Assembly (NCBI GenBank): GCA_050247435.1
Contig: JBFWUF010000008.1
Location: 22,704 to 86,703 of the forward strand
Origin: Blastocatellales bacterium
GTDB lineage: Bacteria; Acidobacteriota; Blastocatellia; RBC074
DNA: 64,000 nt
Reading direction: 5' to 3'
Below the pieces are notes generated by a model. That model saw only the letters and a program-made list of their open reading frames with translations. It made no database searches and was not told where the DNA came from. Numbering within the stretch: position 1 is the first letter of the stretch; the number at the start of each line of letters is the position of its first letter. Below, one piece after another: positions 1 to 8,023 of this stretch. Position numbers and translations under genes: made by a program.

Positions 1-308
1 TGTCTCAAACGGCTGCCGATCTGCTCAAAGAAATTGAAAATGCGAGCGACGGCAAGCTGCGGTTTCTGCGCTGGGCAATGTACGGGAACAATCAGCCACA
101 GCACCCAATTCACAAATTGTCCTCTCAGGAAGCGGAAAGAGTTTGGGAAGCCATCAAAAGCAAGCCTGCCAGACCCTATGCAATGGCGGCGTGAGTCAGT
201 TCAAAGCGCCATCCCGTTCACAAAGACAACCAAAGGAATCGAGCGGGAGATAAGCCGTGCGATTCGCAACCAACTCATCATTCACATTTACCAGAAAGGA
301 ACAACATC

Positions 309-725
309 ATGTCAGCATACGCAGTTATCTCGGGGCGTCTTGGCGTTGAGCCAGAATTGCGGTTCACGAACAGCGGCACGCCGGTCATCAATCTTTCCAT
401 CGCCAATAATCGCAGCGTCAAAGTTGGCGACAAGCGTGAATCAATTGCCGATTGGTTCAAAGTGACGGTTTTCGGGCGCGACGCCGAGATCATCAATCAG
501 CACGCGAGAAAAGGTAGCGCGCTCGCTTTCAACGGGCGATTGCAGAACGAGAAGTACGTAGATCGTGACGGCAACCAGCGCACCTCGACCATTCTCGTGG
601 CGAGCAGCTTTGAGTTCATGCCGACGGCGAAGCGTGACGAGGGCAATGCAGACGGCGCGACCAAGAATGACACCGGAGTCGAGACTGTCGTGGGAAAAGA
701 AACCGAGGACGACATTCCGTTTTGA
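309..725 (+). CDS. ssb: single-stranded DNA-binding protein
   Basis: 138 aa with an OB-fold-like N-terminus and an acidic C-terminal tail ending in DDIPF, the canonical SSB tail. AAAGGA RBS before the ATG. Confidence 0.9.
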   Translation: MSAYAVISGRLGVEPELRFTNSGTPVINLSIANNRSVKVGDKRESIADWFKVTVFGRDAEIINQHARKGSALAFNGRLQNEKYVDRDGNQRTSTILVASSFEFMPTAKRDEGNADGATKNDTGVETVVGKETEDDIPF

Positions 726-758
726 AGCGCCGCCCAAAACGAGCGTTCTTCGCTTTGA

Positions 759-792
759 GGATGCTTCTGCTAACTGTGGAAGCATCCTTTTT
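759..792 (+). terminator. rho-independent terminator after ssb
   Basis: Stem GGATGCTTC (759-767) pairs with GAAGCATCC (779-787), with an 11-nt loop. A TTTTT run follows at 788-792. Confidence 0.5.
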
Positions 793-867
793 CGCAGAGA
801 GTGGTCTGTTAATGTCTCAGGTATTGGCGGTTGGTAATTGGGCAAAAAACAGAAAGGAGTTTTTGCT

Positions 868-1365
868 GTGATTACCATCGTCAATCGAAAGACCTGGCGT
901 GGCGAGAGCGTCTACGTTGGGCGACCAAGTGTTCTGGGAAACCCATTTTGCATCGGCAAAGATGGGGAGCGTTCAACCGTAATTTCGAAGTATCGCCGCT
1001 GGCTTTGGAATGAACTCCAACGAGGATCGGGTCTCGTCTTTGATGAGCTTCACCGGCTTGCGAAGTTGGCCAAGTCTGGTGATCTCATTCTTGCTTGTTG
1101 GTGTTTTCCCGAAAAGTGCCACGCCGAAACTATCAAAGCGGCCGTTGAATGGATCAGCAGTCAATCTCAACAGAAACGGAGTGAAACTATGTCGGACAAT
1201 CAGAATGAAATTACCGTAGAGAGACAATGCCATTGCTGCGGAAGCTACGATGGCGACCCATACGCGATTTTGAGCAACGGATACTGCATCCCGTGTGATG
1301 AGGGCGCGAAAATCTCGTGCCTCGAAACCATCAGCCAACAACAATCATCGCCAGGCTTACAATGA
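868..1365 (+). CDS. DUF4326-family protein with a C-terminal Cys-rich (zinc-ribbon-like) extension
   Basis: Motifs VYVGRP, GNPF and ACWCFPEKCH are typical of DUF4326. The C-terminus contains C-x-CC...C-x2-C. The GTG at 868 has an AAAGGAG RBS 8 nt upstream; the ORF-track start at 838 is a TTG without an RBS. Confidence 0.6.
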   Translation: MITIVNRKTWRGESVYVGRPSVLGNPFCIGKDGERSTVISKYRRWLWNELQRGSGLVFDELHRLAKLAKSGDLILACWCFPEKCHAETIKAAVEWISSQSQQKRSETMSDNQNEITVERQCHCCGSYDGDPYAILSNGYCIPCDEGAKISCLETISQQQSSPGLQ

Positions 1366-1396
1366 AACCGCGGCCATCGTTGTGATGCGAGCGGTC

Positions 1397-1762
1397 TCAT
1401 TGCTGCGATCTCGGAAAGGCATCGCTGGATGATTCTGCCTTTCCATCAGAGAGCGGCTTTTCAAGCTTCGCGGGTTTCTCAACTTTCGCAGGTTTCGTTT
1501 TGTTCCGGCTCTCGCTGTTCTTCTTTTGCAGCCACTGCCGGAAGCCCTTGTCCGCATCGAACAGCCGCCGCATTCCCTTGTCAACCACATCGTCAGGAGT
1601 GGTTTCTCGGCCAGTCACATCCCTGACGTAGGCGACGTAATCCCGTAGGTTTGCCAACACTGTCCAACTCAGCTTGAACGACTCTCTTTCAGCGGCGATT
1701 TCATCGAAGTTGATCAGCGGAACCGAGGCGCCGCCCGTTTCTTTTTTCTTTCCTGTCGGCAT
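1397..1762 (-). CDS. hypothetical protein (leading-region gene)
   Basis: 121-aa ORF starting MPTGKKKE with an AAGGAG RBS 8 nt upstream. Lys/Glu-rich C-terminus. No recognizable motif. Confidence 0.4.
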   Translation of the reverse strand: MPTGKKKETGGASVPLINFDEIAAERESFKLSWTVLANLRDYVAYVRDVTGRETTPDDVVDKGMRRLFDADKGFRQWLQKKNSESRNKTKPAKVEKPAKLEKPLSDGKAESSSDAFPRSQQ

Positions 1763-2141
1763 AAATTCATCTCCTTGATGATTGGTTTTCGGGAACAAAT
1801 CCTGCTCTGGATTTGAAGACACTTCCCATTGAGCAAGAGCCATTCCATCGGAGTTTTCCTACTCGCCATTTCCAGCCGGATCAGATTAGGTTGTCACGTT
1901 GCATAAAGGGTTTTGAGCTAAAGGAGCCACTCTCAGCGAAGGGATTAATGCTCGCCGCAAATGGGTGAAGGGCGACGACAACATTTCACCAGACCTGCCT
2001 CAAAATGACCCGACATTTTTCCAGAGCAGCGGCAAAAGCGATTGGTACACCTGAGCGCAAATCATCTGCTAACAAGTGGGGCAGTGGATGAGGTCTACCA
2101 ATGCTCGCAAATCAAAGCCGCTACAAGCGTTATCAGGTCTT

Positions 2142-2176
2142 TCAGGTCTGCGATTGTATTTGCTGGGCAGACCTGA
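2142..2176. promoter_or_regulatory. candidate oriT / nic-site hairpin
   Basis: Perfect 10-bp inverted repeat: TCAGGTCTGC (2142-2151) and GCAGACCTGA (2167-2176), with a 15-nt loop. It is preceded by a CAGGTCT direct repeat. It lies in the 450-bp intergenic region just upstream of the RHH-like gene and the relaxase. Confidence 0.3.
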
Positions 2177-2296
2177 CGCGCCAAATGAATCAAAGGCTGA
2201 AGATAGCCGGAGACCGACGGCACGATGGTTGCCCATTTGTCATTACTGGCGAGGCTCAAGGAAAGCCGCATTCAATGAAGCGATGGAGGGCTGACA

Positions 2297-2857
2297 ATGC
2301 CGATTCGGAACAGGCCAAGACTGGTGGCTTCCACGTCGAGTACGACCAAACTTTTCGTGGACGATCTGCGCGAGGTCGGCAGCCTTTCGCGTGACGAAGA
2401 AAAGAGCCGGAGCGACGTAATTCGAGAGCTTGTCCACGAGGCATTGCGCCAACGCAGATTGCGCGCGCTGGGGCGAGACGAGAGCGAAAACCACGTGCGC
2501 AAAATCTATCAGGAGACCGTCGCCGAAGCCATCGCCCCAGTGATAAAGGAATTCGCCGATCTTCGTCAGCAATTGGCAATCGTGGCGGCGCAATCCGAAG
2601 TGAGTGTGACGTCAGACGGCGCGACAAAAAACTACGAGGTGATGCTGACGCTCTTATCGCATCTGCTGCGCCGGTCAATCGTGACCGACAACGTTGTCAA
2701 GGTGCTGATGACCGTCGGCATGCAAAAGGACGGCGTTGATTCCGAAGAGATCAGAAAACAACTCGCGGTTCAGGATGAGACAGCGATACAACAGGCACGC
2801 GAATTGATTCAGAAGCTTCCCGGAGATTACCCACACGCGATTCTGTCTGAAGGTTGA
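2297..2857 (+). CDS. hypothetical protein, possible ribbon-helix-helix relaxosome accessory protein
   Basis: 186 aa, directly upstream of the relaxase. The segment SRSDVIRELVHEALRQRR resembles RHH/CopG-type DNA-binding helices. Weak evidence. Confidence 0.4.
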   Translation: MPIRNRPRLVASTSSTTKLFVDDLREVGSLSRDEEKSRSDVIRELVHEALRQRRLRALGRDESENHVRKIYQETVAEAIAPVIKEFADLRQQLAIVAAQSEVSVTSDGATKNYEVMLTLLSHLLRRSIVTDNVVKVLMTVGMQKDGVDSEEIRKQLAVQDETAIQQARELIQKLPGDYPHAILSEG

Positions 2858-2872
2858 TGAGAACTACGAGAT

Positions 2873-5245
2873 TTGCGCGAAGAGCAGCAGCAGGTCAATG
2901 CGATGAAAGTTGTCGTCGTCGTCAAAAAGGGATTGGGAGGCAGCGGCGTCAGTCAGGCGGCTCGCTACGTTTCCACACGTGAGCGCGACGAAGAGCGCGA
3001 AGGTCAGGAAGCGCGCAAGCTCTTCTCAGAGAATGAAGAGCGATTGAACCATTCTCAGGCCAATCGTCTGCTCGGCGATGGACGCGATCCGAAGACGGAT
3101 GACGTGCTGCATCTCGTCATCAGCTTTCACCGGGAAGAAGATTTCAATCAGTTGGGAATGGATGAGGAATCACGGCTCGACGGAGTTCGGAAAACGACGC
3201 GCGGCACGCTGAAAGAGATGACCGATGCGCTTCACGCAGAGAGGCTGCGCTGGGTCGCTGGCATTCACCGCAATACCGACAATCCGCATGCTCATCTGCT
3301 CATCCATCGTGACTATGTTGATCGGCAGACGGGACGCACAAAACGTTTGGACACTTTGCCCAAAGAATTGCGCGTTAGCTGGGAGAAAGCGCCGGACGGA
3401 AAGCGCATCATCAATCCCGGCCTGTTCAGCCAGACCTTTGAAAAACATCTCGATCAGAACATCAAGCAGTTCACGAACGAGCAGCAAAGAAAAAGCCAGG
3501 AAGAACGAGTAGAACGCACCACACTCGGCCAGGCGATGGTCGCCTCCGACCGCATTGAGCAATTGCGGGAATCTTTCCGGGCGGCTGTCACCTTTGGCGA
3601 GTGGCGTCGCTACCAGGTGGTTGATGAGCAGGGCCGGAGCCGATTGATTTCTGAATACGATCTGCGGCAAAGAGCCGGTGCGATTGGCAGGCAGATGACG
3701 GCGCAGATAAAGTTCAACCTGCCTGCCGAGACACGCGCACAAATGCGGTGGGAAGCTGAAGCGCAGGAGATCGGCAGGTATGGCGGCGTGATCAAAAAGA
3801 TTCATGTCATGCGTCTGGCCGATCTCAACTCTGCCGAGTTGAATTTGCAACAAGCCATCTCAGCTTCGCGGCCCGCCATAAGCAAATCGGTTGCAATCAG
3901 AGAAAAGTATGGAACTGCCGGATTGCCGATTTCAACGCCGATCCTTTCACGCGCAGACCTGGGACAGTTGCAGAACCGCGCGATCTTTCTTGCAGATGCA
4001 GAGAAGCTGAACAAGCTGGAGGAGATTCGTGTGACGCTGGCCACTGAAAAAGGCGAGCCAGCGCGCCTGGACACGGAAACAGGGCGGCTGCGAGCGCAGC
4101 GTTTCGTCGCGCGCTCACGCCTGGTCGTCGAGCAGCAAACTGCTGCCCGCTTTGAAGAGGCAAAACACATTCGGCAATGGGGTGTTGGCAACTGTGAACA
4201 CCAGACGAAATATTCTCTCGCCGGAATTGAATCGGCGCTGGCTTCCGCGTCCGACCAAGCAAAGTTTATCGGCGCGCGAAGCCTTCACTGGAACGACGAG
4301 AAGCGTGAAGTGGCGCGCGAGAAAGCCGATGAGTTGAGCCGGCAGCGCGTCGAAGTCCTGAGCCGGATTGCAGACGAGCGCGGGAAGCTTTCAGAAGAAG
4401 TAAAGCGCCGCGCTGAAGTGGTCAAAGCCCTTGATGAAATTTATGCAGGAGAGAAAGAACGATACCGCAAGGAAGGCCGCAAATTGCCAGCGATGCTCTT
4501 CACCGAGCAGGATTTGAGAGAACTCGATGCACACGCCGTTCGTCGTCACGATCCGGGAGTTTATCGAACGCTGACAACCATCGAACGGGATTACGATGCG
4601 CACAGCCATCGCGATCCGAAGGAGGTTGTCCGTGAGCGATTAAGCTGCGCCGGCGCGCGCGAACTAATGGCCGGAATTGAGGTGCGTGAGTCCCAGGCAA
4701 AGCTGGAAAGATTCAACGAACGCCGCACCCAGATGATGGTGATTACGCAAGAAGGACACGGGCCAGAAATCACGCTCGCCCGCTTGGCTGACGTTGAGCC
4801 GAAATCGCCGCTGGAGCAGCTCTTCAAACCTTTGCTGACACGAAGCGAGAAGTATCAGCGAGTCGCGGCAGCGGTCGAAAAATACGGCGAGCGCCTTCAG
4901 CAACAACACAAACAAAACCAAGCCACGTTTGCCGTGCTGGCTGAAGCCGCCCGGAGCTACGAGCAGGATTTCATCCGGTTGAATCCGGGGCAGCCAAACC
5001 CACGTCCGCAATTCACGGCTCGTGAAATCAGCAGGCTCGAATTACAGATCATCAAAGAGAACGATCCGGCGCTTCGTGAACACTATGCGAAGTTCTATCA
5101 CGAGGCGTTGGAAGAACCGCGTCCAGGGTTTTCACGCGCAATCACTCTCAACCCGACAGAAGGCAAACAGATTCTTGATCTGAAGCGCGACGTGCCGCTC
5201 TTCAGAGATGCTGATCACCAGCACGCGACAAGTCTTGAACGGTGA
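2873..5245 (+). CDS. conjugative relaxase (MobA/VirD2-type, MOBP/MOBQ-like) with a long uncharacterized C-terminal extension
   Basis: N-terminus MKVVVVVKKGLGGSGVSQAARYVSTRE carries a candidate catalytic Tyr. The three-His relaxase motif is HRNTDNPHAHLLIHRD. The true start is probably the ATG at 2903; the ORF-track start is a TTG at 2873. About 480 aa after the relaxase domain have no recognizable motif. Confidence 0.8.
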   Translation: MREEQQQVNAMKVVVVVKKGLGGSGVSQAARYVSTRERDEEREGQEARKLFSENEERLNHSQANRLLGDGRDPKTDDVLHLVISFHREEDFNQLGMDEESRLDGVRKTTRGTLKEMTDALHAERLRWVAGIHRNTDNPHAHLLIHRDYVDRQTGRTKRLDTLPKELRVSWEKAPDGKRIINPGLFSQTFEKHLDQNIKQFTNEQQRKSQEERVERTTLGQAMVASDRIEQLRESFRAAVTFGEWRRYQVVDEQGRSRLISEYDLRQRAGAIGRQMTAQIKFNLPAETRAQMRWEAEAQEIGRYGGVIKKIHVMRLADLNSAELNLQQAISASRPAISKSVAIREKYGTAGLPISTPILSRADLGQLQNRAIFLADAEKLNKLEEIRVTLATEKGEPARLDTETGRLRAQRFVARSRLVVEQQTAARFEEAKHIRQWGVGNCEHQTKYSLAGIESALASASDQAKFIGARSLHWNDEKREVAREKADELSRQRVEVLSRIADERGKLSEEVKRRAEVVKALDEIYAGEKERYRKEGRKLPAMLFTEQDLRELDAHAVRRHDPGVYRTLTTIERDYDAHSHRDPKEVVRERLSCAGARELMAGIEVRESQAKLERFNERRTQMMVITQEGHGPEITLARLADVEPKSPLEQLFKPLLTRSEKYQRVAAAVEKYGERLQQQHKQNQATFAVLAEAARSYEQDFIRLNPGQPNPRPQFTAREISRLELQIIKENDPALREHYAKFYHEALEEPRPGFSRAITLNPTEGKQILDLKRDVPLFRDADHQHATSLER

Positions 5246-5272
5246 GAAGCGCGTGCAGCCGTCATAGCAATC

Positions 5273-8023
5273 ATGAGTGACAGAGAAACTTTCAATTCGG
5301 ATTTGAGGTTGATGGAACTAGCCGCGCGCAACCCTTCGCTCGGCGGGCGCGAACTGTTCCAAGAAATCATCGAACGCGGCCCTGTACTGGAAGTGATCGA
5401 GCATCCTCAGGCGCGAAATCCGCGCGCAGCATTCATTTCAAATGAGATTGACCATCCTGATCATCGAACTCCGGTTGAGCAAGCGAACTGGCTGAACGAA
5501 CAGAGTCAGGCCATGCGTGACCTGTATGAACGTGGGGCCGGGATCAAAGGCGAGGTGTTGGTCATTCCCACTGAAGAATACGAACTGAGCGAAGAACGCG
5601 AGACGCCGTTCATCACGACTCTTTCCTATGCGCTGAGAAAGATTGGCGACGTTGAGAGGGCACGTGAGTTTCACGCGCTGGCGCTCGCTATCAGCGGTGA
5701 AACGGCTGACGCACGCACACAGATCGCAGTGTTCAAAACCTACTATGACCGGATCGCGCGTGGCGAACGAGAACAGCGTTTCCGCAAAGGAAATGAGGCT
5801 GAACGAGCCGGAGCATTGACGCAGACGCTTGAGGAGATGCGTGTGATCGCTGCTGAGATGGCGAGGCTTGAAACCCGAGAAAGCGTAGACGCCGTTCAAA
5901 CAGCAGAAGATCGAGAAGATGACATTCCAGAAAACCGGCGGAACACTGCTGCGCACCGAATCAGTTTGCGCGATGAATCGCTACGCCTGCCCGCAGGGTT
6001 GAGCTATGAACAGAAAGAACGACTCGTCAGCAGAACGATCCCGGAAATTGATCGCCGACTTGAGCGCGGCGTTAATCGTGAAGCTCTCTTCAAGGCGATT
6101 GACAGAGCGATGTTCCGGCCCGATCCAGCCAAATATAGGCGTAAACTCGCAGAGCTTACTGGCACGCCCAAAGACGAGAACCCCGAACGTGCGGTCAGCA
6201 AAGATGAGTATCTCGAAAGCCAGCGGACATTGCTCCAGTTGTGTGAAGAAGAGCGTCTTCATCTGCGCGAATTGAAGGCCACGCACGATGGGAATGAACT
6301 GGAACCTCACCAGTATGGGCGTCTCAGCCAGGTTGATAATCTGGCTCGTCGGCTCAGACAAGGGATAGGCAGAAATGTTTCGGATGAGAGGCCTGATAGC
6401 GCCGCGCATTCGCGCCTGTTTGTGAGCGTGCCGGAACGGGGTGTCGGGGAGAATGCGCTTCGTCTGCCCGTGAGTAGCGTAAAGGTCTACGAGACGATGG
6501 CAAAGATTGCAGCAGGAGAGAAACTATCCCTGCAAACCTGGGCTGGCAAGGATGGCCCCGAAGTCAGGCTGGCTTTGACGGAACGTGAGGCCGATGAGCG
6601 AAGCAGAATCGGGGCTTTCCTCAAGAACTATGTTGGTGAGCGATTGCGCGATCCGGAGACGCGCTCACTCAACACTTCTTCTGTTTTCCGAGATGCACGT
6701 GCCGCAATCTTTAGCGCTACTACACCAGAAGCACTGGGCCGCGTCGCGGCTGATTTGCTGCGCGTCAATGAACGCCGAAGCGGGGAATTACGACAGCATC
6801 GCGTCGCGCCGGAGAAGTATCCGCTTCCGATAGTGATGCCGCTGAACACACGGGAGCGAAATCTGCTTTTCAATGGCCGTGCGCCGGAGCATCACACGCC
6901 GGAAATGCGCGAGCTACGGCTGAATTATGGGCTGTCAAGAAGGGAGCGTACTGCGCGGATCGCCGACCTTCGTGAAGGAAGGATAGAATCATCTGAAGTT
7001 CTCAAGACGATGCTTAAAGAACTGGAAACAAGAACAACAGCCAAGGCCATCGCGCATTTTCAGGCGAGCATCATCAACGAAAAGATGAACAGCGAAGGAA
7101 GCGTGAATCTTCACCTGCTGAATCAAAGAATCGCGCCCCACGAGCGGACCTTCCTTTATGAGCTTAGTGAAGAAAGAAAGAGAGAGTTAGTGAGATTGCC
7201 GTCTGCTGGGCGATCCGAAGTTGTCAGAGACAACGACCTTGCCGAACCGCCTGTCACTCGCGTCTTCGGTGCGATTCCCAGAGAAAACCGCACCTTTCGT
7301 GAATACATGGCGAATATGGGAAGCATCGAACGGCAACTGCTGAGTGAAGCATTGATTAAGCGAGGAACTGAGTTTGAAAAAGCAGTTTCAGAACAATCCA
7401 GGGACAGGCTGACCATCACCGAAGCGCGCGCGTTACTTCCTGAAGCGCAGCAACGAGAAATCCGCTTGCGCGCCAGAAATCTGGCGTGGCAAAGTCTCGT
7501 GCCGGAGGAGACGTTCGACCGTAATCCTTCGCCCGAAGCCGTGCGGATCAGCGAGACAATCGCTCACATCCAGGAGCATCTTCAGGAAAGAGCGAGCATC
7601 GCCCGAACTGTCCGCACTGATTTTACGGCTGAGCGGATTCGCTCAGAAGAAACAGCAAGGCAAGCGCCAGGGGCGCACAGGCTGGTGGAGCTTGATCGTT
7701 ACGCGGCGCAGACTCGAGAAGATGTCTATCATGCTTTTGAACTGCTTGATATTCAGCGCCGCGACCTTGAATTTGCTCGCACACATCACACTGGCCGAGT
7801 TAAACAAGAAGACATTTGGGATCGCGGCACAGGTGTCCGACCGGAAATATCAAAGGAATCAAACTCGATTTCCACCTCGATGTACGTCACCTCAGATCGT
7901 GAATGGCATTTCGACAGTTTGCGTGAAGCGCTCAATGTTGAGTTGAGCAGATTGCAACCCGAAGAAAGAGGGCGCGAGATTGGACGGCACCACCAGGTGG
8001 ATGATTTAACGCGAGATCATTGA
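5273..8023 (+). CDS. large (916 aa) hypothetical protein downstream of the relaxase
   Basis: Long ORF rich in charged residues (R/E), predicted helical. No Walker A motif, nuclease motif or TM segment was recognised. Clean codon usage; 27 nt after the relaxase stop. Confidence 0.5.
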   Translation: MSDRETFNSDLRLMELAARNPSLGGRELFQEIIERGPVLEVIEHPQARNPRAAFISNEIDHPDHRTPVEQANWLNEQSQAMRDLYERGAGIKGEVLVIPTEEYELSEERETPFITTLSYALRKIGDVERAREFHALALAISGETADARTQIAVFKTYYDRIARGEREQRFRKGNEAERAGALTQTLEEMRVIAAEMARLETRESVDAVQTAEDREDDIPENRRNTAAHRISLRDESLRLPAGLSYEQKERLVSRTIPEIDRRLERGVNREALFKAIDRAMFRPDPAKYRRKLAELTGTPKDENPERAVSKDEYLESQRTLLQLCEEERLHLRELKATHDGNELEPHQYGRLSQVDNLARRLRQGIGRNVSDERPDSAAHSRLFVSVPERGVGENALRLPVSSVKVYETMAKIAAGEKLSLQTWAGKDGPEVRLALTEREADERSRIGAFLKNYVGERLRDPETRSLNTSSVFRDARAAIFSATTPEALGRVAADLLRVNERRSGELRQHRVAPEKYPLPIVMPLNTRERNLLFNGRAPEHHTPEMRELRLNYGLSRRERTARIADLREGRIESSEVLKTMLKELETRTTAKAIAHFQASIINEKMNSEGSVNLHLLNQRIAPHERTFLYELSEERKRELVRLPSAGRSEVVRDNDLAEPPVTRVFGAIPRENRTFREYMANMGSIERQLLSEALIKRGTEFEKAVSEQSRDRLTITEARALLPEAQQREIRLRARNLAWQSLVPEETFDRNPSPEAVRISETIAHIQEHLQERASIARTVRTDFTAERIRSEETARQAPGAHRLVELDRYAAQTREDVYHAFELLDIQRRDLEFARTHHTGRVKQEDIWDRGTGVRPEISKESNSISTSMYVTSDREWHFDSLREALNVELSRLQPEERGREIGRHHQVDDLTRDH

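Noticed and set aside
34-465. 143-aa + strand ORF overlapping the ssb start
   Set aside because: It is out of frame with and overlaps the well-supported ssb gene. It has no RBS and shows Arg/Ser/Cys-rich composition typical of off-frame translation in GC-rich DNA.
2873-2902. TTG start at 2873 for the relaxase, as given by the ORF track
   Set aside because: The ATG at 2903 gives the typical relaxase N-terminus (MKVVVVVKKGLGGSG...). The extra 10 residues from the TTG are Glu/Gln-rich and unsupported by an RBS. The broader coordinates are kept in the feature, but the first 30 nt are flagged as doubtful.
3170-3853. 227-aa minus-strand ORF inside the relaxase gene
   Set aside because: Antisense to a confidently assigned CDS. 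Low-complexity R/A/L-rich translation. High-GC artefact.
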